From Antedon mediterranea (Eukaryota > Animalia > Echinodermata), in contig NC_092680.1 of the NCBI RefSeq assembly GCF_964355755.1, forward strand, positions 11,842,001 to 11,906,000: DNA of 64,000 nt, written 5' to 3'. The position numbers were made by a program, and so were the translations under genes. Under the pieces are notes generated by a model, which was given only the letters and a program-made list of their open reading frames with translations, had not been told where the DNA came from and ran no database searches. This document shows positions 14,299-29,120 of the stretch, one piece after another (positions within the stretch are counted from its first letter, which is position 1; the number at the start of each line of letters is the position of its first letter).

Positions 14299-15327
14299 GT
14301 CTAAAACGTCTCCAAATGCGATTTGAAGCTCTTCTGTACACTTTGATGTTTTGTGTGAAAAAGTTTTGTCGAAATGCTCAAAATGGTCTAAAACGTTTTT
14401 AAATACGATATTAAGCTGTTTTGTGCACTTTGATGATTTGTGTGAAAAGTTTTAACGAAATGCTCAAAATGGTCTAAAACGGTTTCTAATGTGATTTTAA
14501 GCACTTTGATGTTTTTGTGTAACCAAGTTTTTTCGAAAATCACAAAATAGTCTAAAACGTCTCCAAATGCGATTTGAAGCTTTTCTAAGCACTTTGGTGT
14601 TTTTATGTTAACAAGTTTTTTCGAAAATCACAAAATGGTCTAAAACGTCTCCAAATGCGATTTGAGGATATTCTGAGCACTTTGGTGTTTTTTCGTTAAA
14701 AAGTTTTTTCGAAAATCACAAAATGGTCTAAAACGTCTCCAAATGCGATTTGAAGCTATTCTGTACACTTTGATGTTTTGTGTGAAAAAGTTTTGTCGAA
14801 ATGCTCAAAATGGTCTAAAACGTTTTTAAATACGATATTAAGCTATTTTGTGATCTTTGATGTTTTTGTGTGAAAAGTTTTATCGAAATGCTCAAAATGG
14901 TCTAAAACGGTTTCTATTGTGATTTTAAGCACTTTGATGATTTTGTGTAACCAAGTTTCATCGAAATGTACAAAATGGTCTAAAATGTCTCCAAATGCGA
15001 TTTGAAGCTATTCTAAGTACTTTTGTGTTTTTATGTTAACAAGTTTTTTCGAAAATCACAAAATGGTCTAAAACGTCTTCAAATGCGATTTGAAGCTATT
15101 CTGTACACTTTGATGTTTTGTGTGAAAAAGTTTTGTCAAAATGCTCAAAATGGTCTAAAACGTTTTTAAAACGATATTAAGCTATTTCTTGCTCTTTGAT
15201 GTTTTTGTGTAACCAAGTTTCATCGAAAATCACAAAATGGTCTAAAACGTCTCCAAATGCGATTTGAAGGTTTTCTAAGCACTTTGGTGTTTTTATGTTA
15301 ACAATTTTTTTCGAAAATCACAAAATG
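14299..15327 (+). repeat. Representative 12-monomer higher-order repeat unit (~1029 bp = 427+340+262 bp modules)
   Basis: The diagnostic GAAGCTCTTCTG monomer recurs at 1029-bp spacing at 3081/4110, 9183/10212, 14325/15354/16383 and 38451/39480, and at 1028 or 1030 bp at 2053/3081 and 6343/7373. Monomer class order is conserved within these units. Confidence 0.85.
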
Positions 15328-17849
15328 GTCTAAAACATCTCCAAATGCGATTTGAAGCTCTTCTGTACACTTTGATGTTTTGTGTGAAAAAGTTTTGTCG
15401 AAATTCTCAAAATGGTCTAAAAGGTTTTTAAATACGATATTAAGCTGTTTTGTGCACTTTGATGATTTGTGTGAAAAGTTTTAACGAAATGCTCAAAATG
15501 GTCTAAAACGGTTTCTAATGTGATTTTAAGCACTTTGATGTTTTTGTGTAACCAAGTTTTTTCGAAAATCACAAAATAGTCTAAAACGTCTCAAAATGCG
15601 ATTTGAAGCTTTTCTAAGCACTTTGGTGTTTTTATGTTAACAAGTTTTTTCGAAAATCACAAAATGGTCTAAAACGTCTCCAAATGCGATTTGAGGATAT
15701 TCTGAGCACTTTGGTGTTTTTTTGTTAAAAAGTTTTTTCGAAAATCACAAAATGGTCTAAAACGTCTCCAAATGCGATTTGAAGCTATTCTGTACACTTT
15801 GATGTTTTGTGTGAAAAAGTTTTGTCGAAATGCTCAAAATGGTCTAAAACGTTTTTAAATACGATATTAGGCTATTTTGTGATCTTTGATGTTTTTGTGT
15901 GAAAAGTTTTATCGAAATGCTCAAAATGGTCTAAAACGGTTTCTATTGTGATTTTAAGCACTTTGATGATTTTGTGTAACCAAGTTTCATCGAAATGTAC
16001 AAAATGGTCTAAAACGTCTCCAAATGCGATTTGAAGCTATTCTAAGTACTTTTGTGTTTTTATGTTAACAAGTTTTTTCGAAAATCACAAAATGGTCTAA
16101 AACGTCTTCAAATGCGATTTGAAGCTATTCTGTACACTTTGATGTTTTGTGTGAAAAAGTTTTGTCAAAATGCTCAAAATGGTCTAAAACGTTTTTAAAA
16201 CGATATTAAGCTATTTTGTGCTCTTTGATGTTTTTGTGTAACCAAGTTTCATCGAAAATCACAAAATGGTCTAAAACGTCTCCAAATGCGATTTGAAGCT
16301 TTTCTAAGCACTTTGGTGTTTTTATGTTAACAAGTTTTTTCGAAAATCACAAAATGGTCTAAAACGTCTCCAAATGCGATTTGAAGCTCTTCTGTACACT
16401 TTGATGTTTTGTGTGAAAAAGTTTTGTCGAAATTCTCAAAATGGTCTAAAACGTTTTTAAATACGATATTAAGCTGTTTTGTGCACTTTGATGATTTGTG
16501 TGAAAAGTTTTAACGAAATGCTCAAAATGGTCAAAAACGGTTTTTAATGTGATTTTAAGCACTTTGATGTTTTTGTGTAACCAAGTTTTTTCGAAAATCA
16601 CAAAATGGTCTAAAACGTCTCCAAATGCGATTTGAAGCTTTTCTAAGCACTTTGGTGTTTTTATGTTAACAAGTTTTTTCGAAAATCACAAAATGGTCTA
16701 AAACGTCTCCAAATGCGATTTGAAGATATTCTGAGCACTTTGGTGTTTTTATGTTAAAAAGTTTTTTCGAAAATCACAAAATGGTCTAAAACGTCTTCAA
16801 ATGCGATTTGAAGCTATTCTGTACACTTTGATGTTTTGTGTGAAAAAGTTTTGTCGAAATGCTCAAAATGGTCTAAAACGGTTTCTAATGCGATTTGAAG
16901 CTATTCTGTACACTTTGAAGTTTTGTGTGAAAAAGTTTTCTCGAAATGCTCAAAATGGTCTAAAACGTTTTTATATACCATATTAAGCTATTTTGTGCAC
17001 TTTGATGTTTTTTGTGAAAAGTTTTATCGAAATTCTCAAAATGGTCTAAAACGGTTTCTATTGTGATTTTAAGCACTTTGATGATTTTGTGTAACCAAGT
17101 TTCATCGAAATGTACAAAATGGTCTAAAACGTCTCCAAATGCGATTTGAAGCTATTCTAAGTACTTTTGTGTTTTTATGTTAACAAGTTTTTTCGAAAAT
17201 CACAAAATGGTCTAAAACGTCTTCAAATGCGATTTGAAGCTATTCTGTACACTTTGATGTTTTGTGTGAAAAAGTTTTGTCGAAATGCTCAAAATGGTCT
17301 AAAACGTTTTTAAATACGATATTAAGCTATTTTGTGATCTTTGATGTTTTTGTGTGAAAAGTTTTATCGAAATGCTCAAAATGGTCTAAAACGGTTTCTA
17401 TTGTGATTTTAAGCACTTTGATGATTTTGTGTAACCAAGTTTCATGGAAATGTACAAAATGGTCTAAAACGTCTCCAAATGCGATTTGAAGCTATTCTAA
17501 GTACTTTTGTGTTTTTATGTTAACAAGTTTTTTCGAAAATCACAAAATGGTCTAAAACGTCTTCAAATGCGATTTGAATCTATTCTGTACACTTTGGTGT
17601 TTTTATGTTAAAAAGTTTTTTTGAAAATCACAAAAAGGTCTAAAACGTCTCAAAATGCGATTTGAAGCTATTCTGTACACTTTGATGTTTTGTGTGAAAA
17701 AGTTTTCTCGAAATGCTCAAAATGGTCTAAAACGTTTTTAAAACGATATTAAGCTATTTTGTGCTCTTTGATGTTTTTGTTTAACCAAGTTTCATCGAAA
17801 ATCACAAAATGGTCTAAAACGTTTCCAAATGCGATTTGAAGCTCTTCTG

Positions 17850-20260
17850 TACACTTTGATGTTTTGTGTGAAAAAGTTTTGTCGAAATTCTCAAAATGGT
17901 CTAAAACGTTTTTAAATACGATATTAAGCTGTTTTGTGCACTTAGATGATTTGTGTGAAAAGTTTTAACGAAATGCTCAAAATGGTCTAAAACGGTTTCT
18001 AATGTGATTTTAAGCACTTTGATGTTTTTGTGTAACCAAGTTTTTTCGAAAATCACAAAATGGTCTAAAACGTCTCCAAATGCGATTTGAAGCTTTTCTA
18101 AGCACTTTGGTGTTTTTATGTTAACAAGTTTTTTTGAAAATCACAAAATGGTCTAAAACGTCTCCAAATGCGATTTGAAGATATTCTGAGCACTTTGGTG
18201 TTTTTATGTTAAAAAGTTTTTTCGAAAATCACAAAATAGTCTAAAACGTCTCCAAATGCGATTTGAAGCTATTCTGTACACTTTGATGTTTTGTGTGAAA
18301 AAGTTTTGTCGAAATACTCAAAATGGTCTAAAACGTTCTTAAAACGATATTAAGCTATTTTGTGCTCTTTGATGTTTTTGTGTAACCAAGTTTCATCGAA
18401 AATCACAAAATGGTCTAAAACGTCTCCAAATGCGATTTGAAGCTTTTCTAAGCACTTTGGTGTTTTTATGTTAACAAGTTTTTTTCGAAAATCACGAAAT
18501 GGTCTAAAACGTCTCCAAATGCGATTTGAAGATATTCTGAGCACTTTGGTGTTTTTATGTTAAAAAGTTTTTTCGAAAATCACAAAATGGTCTAAAACGT
18601 CTCCAAATGCGATTTGAAGCTCTTCTGTACACTTTGATGTTTTGTGTGAAAAAGTTTTGTCGAAATGCTCAAAATGGTCTAAAACGTTTTTAAATACGAT
18701 ATTAAGCTGTTTTGTGCACTTTAATGATTTGTGTGAAAAGTTTTAACGAAATGCTCAAAATGGTCTAAAACGGTTTCTAATGTGATTTTAAGCACTTTGA
18801 TGTTTTTGTGTAACCAAGTTTTTTCGAAAATCACAAAATGGTCTAAAACGTCTCCAAATGCGATTTGAAGCTTTTCTAAGCACTTTGGTGTTTTTATGTT
18901 AACAAGTTTTTTCGAAAATCACAAAATGGTCTAAAACGTCTCCAAATGCGATTTGAGGATATTCTGAGCACTTTGGTGTTTTTATGTTAAAAAGTTTTTT
19001 CGAAAATCACAAAATGGTCTAAAACGTCTCCAAATGCGATTTGAAGCTATTCTGTACACTTTGATGTTTTGTGTGAAAAAGTTTTGTCGAAATTCTCAAA
19101 ATGGTCTAAAACGTTTTTAAATACGATATTAAGCTGTTTTGTGCACTTAGATGATTTGTGTGAAAAGTTTTAACGAAATGCTCAAAATAGTCAAAAATGG
19201 TTTCTAATGTGATTTTAAGCACTTTGATGTTTTTGTGTAACCAAGTTTTTTCGAAAATCACAAAATGGTCTAAAACGTCTCCAAATGCAATTTGAAGCTT
19301 TTCTAAGCACTTTGGTGTTTTTATTTTAACAAGTTTTTTTGAAAATCACAAAATGGTCTAAAACGTCTCCAAATGCGATTTGAAGATATTCTGAGCACTT
19401 TGGTGTTTTTATGTTAAAAAGTTTTTTCGAAAATCACAAAATAGTCTAAAACGTCTCCAAATGCGATTTGAAGCTATTCTGTACACTTTGATGTTTTGTG
19501 TGAAAAAGTTTTGTCGAAATACTCAAAATGGTCTAAAACGTTTTTAAAACGATATTAAGCTATTTTGTGCTCTTTGATGTTTTTGTGTAACCAAGTTTCA
19601 TCGAAAATTACAAAATGGTCTAAAACGTCTCCAAATGCGATTTGAAGCTTTTCTAAGCACTTTGGTGTTTTTATGTTAACAAGTTTTTTTCGAAAATCAC
19701 GAAATGGTCTAAAACGTCTCCAAATGCGATTTGAAGATATTCTGAGCACTTTGGTGTTTTTATGTTAAAAAGTTTTTTCGAAAATCACAAAATGGTCTAA
19801 AACGTCTCCAAATGCGATTTGAAGCTCTTCTGTACACTTTGATGTTTTATGTGAAAAAGTTTTGTCGAAATGCTCAAAATGGTCTAAAACGTTTTTAAAT
19901 ACGATATTAAGCTGTTTTGTGCACTTTAATGATTTGTGTGAAAAGTTTTAACGAAATGCTCAAAATGGTCTAAAACGGTTTCTAATGTGATTTTAAGCAC
20001 TTTGATGTTTTTGTGTAACCAAGTTTTTTCGAAAATCACAAAATGGTCTAAAACGTCTCCAAATGCGATTTGAAGCTTTTCTAAGCACTTTGGTGTTTTT
20101 ATGTTAACAAGTTTTTTCGAAAATCACAAAATGGTCTAAAACGTCTCCAAATGCGATTTGAGGATATTCTGAGCACTTTGGTGTTTTTATGTTAAAAAGT
20201 TTTTTCGAAAATCACAAAATGGTCTAAAACGTCTCCAAATGCGATTTGAAGCTATTCTGT
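17850..20260 (+). repeat. Tandem duplication within satellite, 1205-bp unit (approximate ends)
   Basis: Rare variant CACTTAGATG at 17944 and 19149, and identical 64-aa ORFs at 18350 and 19555; both give offset 1205. Confidence 0.8.
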
Positions 20261-21549
20261 ACACTTTGATGTTTTGTGTGAAAAAGTTTTGTCGAAATGC
20301 TCAAAATGGTCTAAAACGTTTTTAAAACGATATTAAGCTATTTTGTGCTCTTTGATTTTTTTGTGTAACCAAGTTTCATCGAAATCAACAAAATGGTCTA
20401 ATACGTCTCCAAATGCGATTTGAAGCTTTTCCAAGCACTTTGCTGTTTTTATGTTAACAAGTTTTTTCGAAAATCACAAAATGGTCTAAAACGTCTTCAA
20501 ATGCGATTTGAAGCTATTCTGTACACTTTGATGTTTTTGTGTGAAAAGTTTTATCGAAATGCTCAAAATGGTCTAAAACGGTTTCTAATGCGATTTGAAG
20601 CTATTCTGTACACTTTGAAGTTTTTTGTGAAAAAGTTTTCTCGAAATGCTCAAAATGGTCTAAAAAGTTTTTATATACCATATTGAGCTATTTTGTGCAC
20701 TTTGATGTTTTTTGTGAAAAGTTTTATCGAAATGCTCAAAATGGTCTAAAACGGTTTCTATTGTGATTTTAAGCACTTTGATGATTTTGTGTAACCAAGT
20801 TTCATCGAAATGTACAAAATGGTCTAAAACGTCTCCAAATGCGATTTGAAGCTATTCTAAGTACTTTTGTGTTTTTATGTTAACAAGTTTTTTCGAAAAT
20901 CACAAAATGGTCTAAAACGTCTTCAAATGCGATTTGAAGCTATTCTGTACACTTTTATGTTTTGTGTGAAAAAGTTTTGTCGAAATTCTCAAAATGGTCT
21001 AAAACGTTTTTAAATACGATATTAAGCTGTTTTGTGCACTTTGATGATTTGTGTGAAAAGTTTTAACGAAATGCTCAAAATGGTCAAAAACGGTTTCTAA
21101 TGTGATTTTAAGCACTTTGATGTTTTTGTGTAACCAAGTTTTTTCAAAAATCACAAAATGGTCTAAAACGTCTCCAAATGCGATTTGAAGCTTTTCTAAG
21201 CACTTTGGTGTTTTTATGTTAACAAGTTTTTTCGAAAATCACAAAATGGTCTAAAACGTCTCCAAATGCGATTTGAAGATATTCTGAGCACTTTGGTGTT
21301 TTTATGTTAAAAAGTTTTTTCGAAAATCACAAAATAGTCTAAAACGTCTCCAAATGCGATTTGAAGCTATTCTGTACACTTTGATGTTTTGTGTGAAAAA
21401 GTTTTGTCGAAATGCTCAAAATGGTCTAAAACGTTTTTAAAACGATATTAAGCTATTTTGTGCTCTTTGATGTTTTTGTGTAACCAAGTTTCATCGAAAA
21501 TCACAAAATGGTCTAAAACGTCTCAAAATGCGATTTGAAGCTTTTCTAA

Positions 21550-24500
21550 GCACTTTGGTGTTTTTATGTTAACAAGTTTTTTCGAAAATCACGAAATGGT
21601 CTAAAATGTCTCCAAATGCGATTTGAAGATATTCTGAGCACTTTGGTGTTTTTATGTTAAAAAGTTTTTTCGAAAATCACAAAATGGTCTAAAACGTCTC
21701 CAAATGCGATTTGAAGCTCTTCTGTACACTTTGATGTTTTGTGTGAAAAAGTTTTGTCGAAATGCTCAAAATGGTCTAAAACGTTTTTAAATACGATATT
21801 AAGCTGTTTTGTGCACTTTGATGATTTGTGTGAAAAGTTTTAACGAAATGCTCAAAATGGTCTAAAACGGTTTCTAATGTGATTTTAAGCACTTTGATGT
21901 TTTTGTGTAACCAAGTTTTTTCGAAAATCACAAAATAGTCTAAAACGTCTCCAAATGCGATTTGAAGCTTTTCTAAGCACTTTGGTGTTTTTATGTTAAC
22001 AAGTTTTTTCGAAAATCACAAAATGGTCTAAAACGTCTCCAAATGCGATTTGAGGATATTCTGAGCACTTTGGTGTTTTTTTGTTAAAAAGTTTTTTCGA
22101 AAATCACAAAATGGTCTAAAACGTCTCCAAATGCGATTTGAAGCTATTCTGTACACTTTGATGTTTTGTGTAAAAAAGTTTTGTCGAAATGCTCAAAATG
22201 GTCTAAAACGTTTTTAAATACGATATTAAGCTATTTTGTGATCTTTGATGTTTTTGTGTGAAAAGTTTTATCGAAATGCTCAAAATGGTCTAAAACGGTT
22301 TCTATTGTGATTTTAAGCACTTTGATGATTTTGTGTAACCAAGTTTCATCGAAATGTACAAAATGGTCTAAAACGTCTCCAAATGCGATTTGAAGCTATT
22401 CTAAGTACTTTTGTGTTTTTATGTTAACAAGTTTTTTCGAAAATCACAAAATGGTCTAAAACGTCTCCAAATGCGATTTGAAGCTATTCTGTACACTTTG
22501 ATGTTTTGTGTGAAAAAGTTTTGTCGAAATGCTCAAAATGGTCTAAAACGTTTTTAAATACGATATTAGGCTATTTTGTGATCTTTGATGTTTTTGTGTG
22601 AAAAGTTTTATCGAAATGCTCAAAATGGTCTAAAACGGTTTCTATTGTGATTTTAAGCACTTTGATGATTTTGTGTAACCAAGTTTCATCGAAATGTACA
22701 AAATGGTCTAAAACGTCTCCAAATGCGATTTGAAGCTATTCTAAGTACTTTTGTGTTTTTAAGTTAACAAGTTTTTTTCGAAAATCACAAAATGGTCTAA
22801 AACGTCTTCAAATGCGATTTGAAGCTATTCTGTACACTTTGATGTTTTGTGTGAAAAAGTTTTGTCAAAATGCTCAAAATGGTCTAAAACGTTTTTAAAA
22901 CGATATTAAGCTATTTTGTGTTCTTTGATGTTTTTGTGTAACCAAGTTTCATCGAAAATCACAAAATGGTCTAAAACGTCTCCAAATGCGATTTGAAGCT
23001 TTTCTAAGCACTTTGGTGTTTTTATGTTAACAAGTTTTTTCGAAAATCACAAAATGGTCTAAAACGTCTCCAAATGCGATTTGAAGCTCTTTTGTACACT
23101 TTGATGTTTTGTGGGAAAAAGTTTTGTCGAAATTCTCAAAATGGTCTAAAACGTTTTTAAATACGATATTAAGCTGTTTTGTGCACTTTGATGATTTGTG
23201 TGAAAAGTTTTAACGAAATGCTCAAAATGGTCAAAAACGGTTTCTAATGTGATTTTAAGCACTTTGATGTTTTTGTGTAACCAAGTTTTTTCGAAAATCA
23301 CAAAATGGTCTAAAACGTCTCCAAATGCGATTTGAAGCTATTCTGTACACTTTGATGTTTTGTGTGAAAAAGTTTTGTCGAAATGCTCAAAATGGTCTAA
23401 AACGTTTTTAAAACGATATTAAGCTATTTTGTGCTCTTTGATGTTTTTGTGTAACCAAGTTTCATCGAAATCAACAAAATGGTCTAATACGTCTCCAAAT
23501 GCGATTTGAAGCTTTTCCAAGCACTTTGCTGTTTTTATGTTAACAAGTTTTTTCGAAAATCACAAAATGGTCTAAAATGTCTTCAAATGCGATTTGAAGC
23601 TATTCTGTACACTTTGATGTTTTGTGTGAAAAAGTTTTGTCGAAATGCTCAAAATGGTCTAAAACGTTTTTAAATACGATATTAAGCTATTTTGTGATCT
23701 TTGATGTTTTTGTGTGAAAAGTTTTATCGAAATGCTCAAAATGGTCTAAAACGGTTTCTAATGCGATTTGAAGCTATTCTGTACCCTTTTGAAGTTTTTT
23801 GTGAAAAAGTTTTCTCGAAATGCTCAAAATGGTCTAAAAAGTTTTTATATACCATATTAAGCTATTTTGTGCACTTTGATGTTTTTTGTGAAAAGTTTTA
23901 TCGAAATGCTCAAAATGGTCTAAAACGGTTTCTATTGTGATTTTAAGCACTTTGATGATTTTGTGTAACCAAGTTTCATCGAAATGTACAAAATGGTCTA
24001 AAACGTCTCCAAATGCGATTTGAAGCTATTCTAAGTACTTTTGTGTTTTTATGTTAACAAGTTTTTTCGAAAATCACAAAATGGTCTAAAACGTCTTCAA
24101 ATGCGATTTGAAGCTATTCTGTACACTTTGAAGTTTTGTGTGAAAAAGTTTTGTCGAAATGCTCAAAATGGTCAAAAACGGTTTCTAATGTGATTTTAAG
24201 CACTTTGATGTTTTTGTGTAACCAAGTTTTTTAAAAAATCACAAAATGGTCTAAAACGTCTCCAAATGCGATTTGAAGCTTTTCTAAGCACTTTGGTGTT
24301 TTTATGTTAACAAGTTTTTTCGAAAATCAATAAATGGTCTAAAACGTCTCCAAATGCGATTTGAAGATATTCTGAGCACTTTGGTGTTTTTATGTTAAAA
24401 AGTTTTTTCGAAAATCACAAAATAGTCTAAAACGTCTCAAAATGCGATTTGAAGCTATTCTGTACACTTTGATGTTTTGTGTGAAAAAGTTTTGTCGAAA

Positions 24501-27500
24501 TGCTCAAAATGGTCTAAAACGTTTTTAAAACGATATTAAGCTATTTTGTGCTCTTTGATGTTTTTGTGTAACCAAGTTTCATCGAAAATCACAAAATGGT
24601 CTAAAACGTCTCAAAATGCGATTTGAAGCTTTTCTAAGCACTTTGGTGTTTTTATGTTAAGAAGTTTTTTCGAAAATCACGAAATGGTCTAAAATGTCTC
24701 CAAATGCGATTTGAAGATATTCTGAGCACTTTGGTGTTTTTATGTTAAAAAGTTTTTTCGAAAATCACAAAATGGTCTAAAACGTCTTCAAATGCGATTT
24801 GAAGCTATTCTGTACACTTTGATGTTTTGTGTGAAAAAGTTTTGTCAAAATGCTCAAAATGGTCTAAAAAGTTTTTAAAACGATATTAAGCTATTTTGTG
24901 CTCTTTGATGTTTTTGTGTAACCAAGTTTTATCGAAAATCAAAAAATGGTCTAAAACGTCTCCAAATGCGATTTGAAGCTTTTCTAAGCACTTTGGTGTT
25001 TTTATGTTAACAAGTTTTTTCGAAAATCACAAAATGGTCTAAAACGTCTCCAAATGCGATTTGAAGCTCTTCTGTACACTTTGATGTTTTGTGTGAAAAA
25101 GTTTTGTCGAAATTCTCAAAATGGTCTAAAACGTTTTTAAATACGATATTAAGCTGTTTTGGGCACTTTGATGATTTGTGTGAAAAGCTTTAACGAAATG
25201 CTCAAAATGGTCAAAAACGGTTTCTAATGTGATTTTAAGCACTTTGATGTTTTTGTGTAACCAAGTTTTTTCGAAAATCACAAAATTGTCTAAAACGTCT
25301 CCAAATGCGATTTGAAGCTTTTCTAAGCACTTTGGTGTTTTTATGTTAACAAGTTTTTTCGAAAATCACGAAATGGTCTAAAATGTCTCCAAATGCGATT
25401 TGAAGATATTCTGAGCACTTTGGTGTTTTTATGTTAAAAAGTTTTTTCGAAAATCACAAAATGGTCTAAAACGTCTCCAAATGCGATTTGAAGCTCTTCT
25501 GTACACTTTGATGTTTTGTGTGAAAAAGTTTTGTCGAAATGCTCAAAATGGTCTAAAACGTTTTTAAATACGATATTAAGCTGTTTTGTGCACTTTGATG
25601 ATTTGTGTGAAAAGTTTTAACGAAATGCTCAAAATGGTCTAAAACGGTTTCTAATGTGATTTTAAGCACTTTGATGTTTTTGTGTAACCAAGTTTTTTCG
25701 AAAATCACAAAATAGTCTAAAACGTCTCCAAATGCGATTTGAAGCTTTTCTAAGCACTTTGGTGTTTTTATGTTAACAAGTTTTTTCGAAAATCACAAAA
25801 TGGTCTAAAACGTCTCCAAATGCGATTTGAGGATATTCTGAGCACTTTGGTGTTTTTTTGTTAAAAAGTTTTTTCGAAAATCACAAAATGGTCTAAAACG
25901 TCTCCAAATGCGATTTGAAGCTATTCTGTACACTTTGATGTTTTGTGTAAAAAAGTTTTGTCGAAATGCTCAAAATGGTCTAAAACGTTTTTAAATACGA
26001 TATTAAGCTATTTTGTGATCTTTGATGTTTTTGTGTGAAAAGTTTTATCGAAATGCTCAAAATGGTCTAAAACGGTTTCTATTGTGATTTTAAGCACTTT
26101 GATGATTTTGTGTAACCAAGTTTCATCGAAATGTACAAAATGGTCTAAAACGTCTCCAAATGCGATTTGAAGCTATTCTAAGTACTTTTGTGTTTTTATG
26201 TTAACAAGTTTTTTCGAAAATCACAAAATGGTCTAAAACGTCTCCAAATGCGATTTGAAGCTATTCTGTACACTTTGATGTTTTGTGTGAAAAAGTTTTG
26301 TCGAAATGCTCAAAATGGTCTAAAACGTTTTTAAATACGATATTAGGCTATTTTGTGATCTTTGATGTTTTTGTGTGAAAAGTTTTATCGAAATGCTCAA
26401 AATGGTCTAAAACGGTTTCTATTGTGATTTTAAGCACTTTGATGATTTTGTGTAACCAAGTTTCATCGAAATGTACAAAATGGTCTAAAACGTCTCCAAA
26501 TGCGATTTGAAGCTATTCTAAGTACTTTTGTGTTTTTATGTTAACAAGTTTTTTTCGAAAATCACAAAATGGTCTAAAACGTCTTCAAATGCGATTTGAA
26601 GCTATTCTGTACACTTTGATGTTTTGTGTGAAAAAGTTTTGTCAAAATGCTCAAAATGGTCTAAAACGTTTTTAAAACGATATTAAGCTATTTTGTGTTC
26701 TTTGATGTTTTTGTGTAACCAAGTTTCATCGAAAATCACAAAATGGTCTAAAACGTCTCCAAATGCGATTTGAAGCTTTTCTAAGCACTTTGGTGTTTTT
26801 ATGTTAACAAGTTTTTTCGAAAATCACAAAATGGTCTAAAACGTCTCCAAATGCGATTTGAAGCTCTTCTGTACACTTTGATGTTTTGTGGGAAAAAGTT
26901 TTGTCGAAATTCTCAAAATGGTCTAAAACGTTTTTAAATACGATATTAAGCTGTTTTGTGCACTTTGATGATTTGTGTGAAAAGTTTTAACGAAATGCTC
27001 AAAATGGTCAAAAACGGTTTCTAATGTGATTTTAAGCACTTTGATGTTTTTGTGTAACCAAGTTTTTTCGAAAATCACAAAATGGTCTAAAACGTCTCCA
27101 AATGCGATTTGAAGCTATTCTGTACACTTTGATGTTTTGTGTGAAAAAGTTTTGTCGAAATGCTCAAAATGGTCTAAAACGTTTTTAAAACGATATTAAG
27201 CTATTTTGTGCTCTTTGATGTTTTTGTGTAACCAAGTTTCATCGAAATCAACAAAATGGTCTAATACGTCTCCAAATGCGATTTGAAGCTTTTCCAAGCA
27301 CTTTGCTGTTTTTATGTTAACAAGTTTTTTCGAAAATCACAAAATGGTCTAAAATGTCTTCAAATGCGATTTGAAGCTATTCTGTACACTTTGATGTTTT
27401 GTGTGAAAAAGTTTTGTCGAAATGCTCAAAATGGTCTAAAACGTTTTTAAATACGATATTAAGCTATTTTGTGATCTTTGATGTTTTTGTGTGAAAAGTT

Positions 27501-29120
27501 TTATCGAAATGCTCAAAATGGTCTAAAACGGTTTCTAATGCGATTTGAAGCTATTCTGTACCCTTTTGAAGTTTTTTGTGAAAAAGTTTTCTCGAAATGC
27601 TCAAAATGGTCTAAAAAGTTTTTATATACCATATTAAGCTATTTTGTGCACTTTGATGTTTTTTGTGAAAAGTTTTATCGAAATGCTCAAAATGGTCTAA
27701 AACGGTTTCTATTGTGATTTTAAGCACTTTGATGATTTTGTGTAACCAAGTTTCATCGAAATGTACAAAATGGTCTAAAACGTCTCCAAATGCGATTTGA
27801 AGCTATTCTAAGTACTTTTGTGTTTTTATGTTAACAAGTTTTTTCGAAAATCACAAAATGGTCTAAAACGTCTTCAAATGCGATTTGAAGCTATTCTGTA
27901 CACTTTGAAGTTTTGTGTGAAAAAGTTTTGTCGAAATGCTCAAAATGGTCAAAAACGGTTTCTAATGTGATTTTAAGCACTTTGATGTTTTTGTGTAACC
28001 AAGTTTTTTAAAAAATCACAAAATGGTCTAAAACGTCTCCAAATGCGATTTGAAGCTTTTCTAAGCACTTTGGTGTTTTTATGTTAACAAGTTTTTTCGA
28101 AAATCAATAAATGGTCTAAAACGTCTCCAAATGCGATTTGAAGATATTCTGAGCACTTTGGTGTTTTTATGTTAAAAAGTTTTTTCGAAAATCACAAAAT
28201 AGTCTAAAACGTCTCAAAATGCGATTTGAAGCTATTCTGTACACTTTGATGTTTTGTGTGAAAAAGTTTTGTCGAAATGCTCAAAATGGTCTAAAACGTT
28301 TTTAAAACGATATTAAGCTATTTTGTGCTCTTTGATGTTTTTGTGTAACCAAGTTTCATCGAAAATCACAAAATGGTCTAAAACGTCTCAAAATGCGATT
28401 TGAAGCTTTTCTAAGCACTTTGGTGTTTTTATGTTAAGAAGTTTTTTCGAAAATCACGAAATGGTCTAAAATGTCTCCAAATGCGATTTGAAGATATTCT
28501 GAGCACTTTGGTGTTTTTATGTTAAAAAGTTTTTTCGAAAATCACAAAATGGTCTAAAACGTCTTCAAATGCGATTTGAAGCTATTCTGTACACTTTGAT
28601 GTTTTGTGTGAAAAAGTTTTGTCAAAATGCTCAAAATGGTCTAAAAAGTTTTTAAAACGATATTAAGCTATTTTGTGCTCTTTGATGTTTTTGTGTAACC
28701 AAGTTTTATCGAAAATCAAAAAATGGTCTAAAACGTCTCCAAATGCGATTTGAAGCTTTTCTAAGCACTTTGGTGTTTTTATGTTAACAAGTTTTTTCGA
28801 AAATCACAAAATGGTCTAAAACGTCTCCAAATGCGATTTGAAGCTCTTCTGTACACTTTGATGTTTTGTGTGAAAAAGTTTTGTCGAAATTCTCAAAATG
28901 GTCTAAAACGTTTTTAAATACGATATTAAGCTGTTTTGGGCACTTTGATGATTTGTGTGAAAAGCTTTAACGAAATGCTCAAAATGGTCAAAAACGGTTT
29001 CTAATGTGATTTTAAGCACTTTGATGTTTTTGTGTAACCAAGTTTTTTCGAAAATCACAAAATTGTCTAAAACGTCTCCAAATGCGATTTGAAGCTTTTC
29101 TAAGCACTTTGGTGTTTTTA
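21550..29120 (+). repeat. Tandem duplication within satellite, 3777-bp unit (approximate ends)
   Basis: Rare variants GTGTAAAAAAG (22171/25948) and GTGGGAAAAAG (23114/26891), ORFs at 23701/27478, and ATCAATAAATGG, AAAAGCTTTAAC and AAAATTGTC all recur at offset 3777. Confidence 0.9.
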
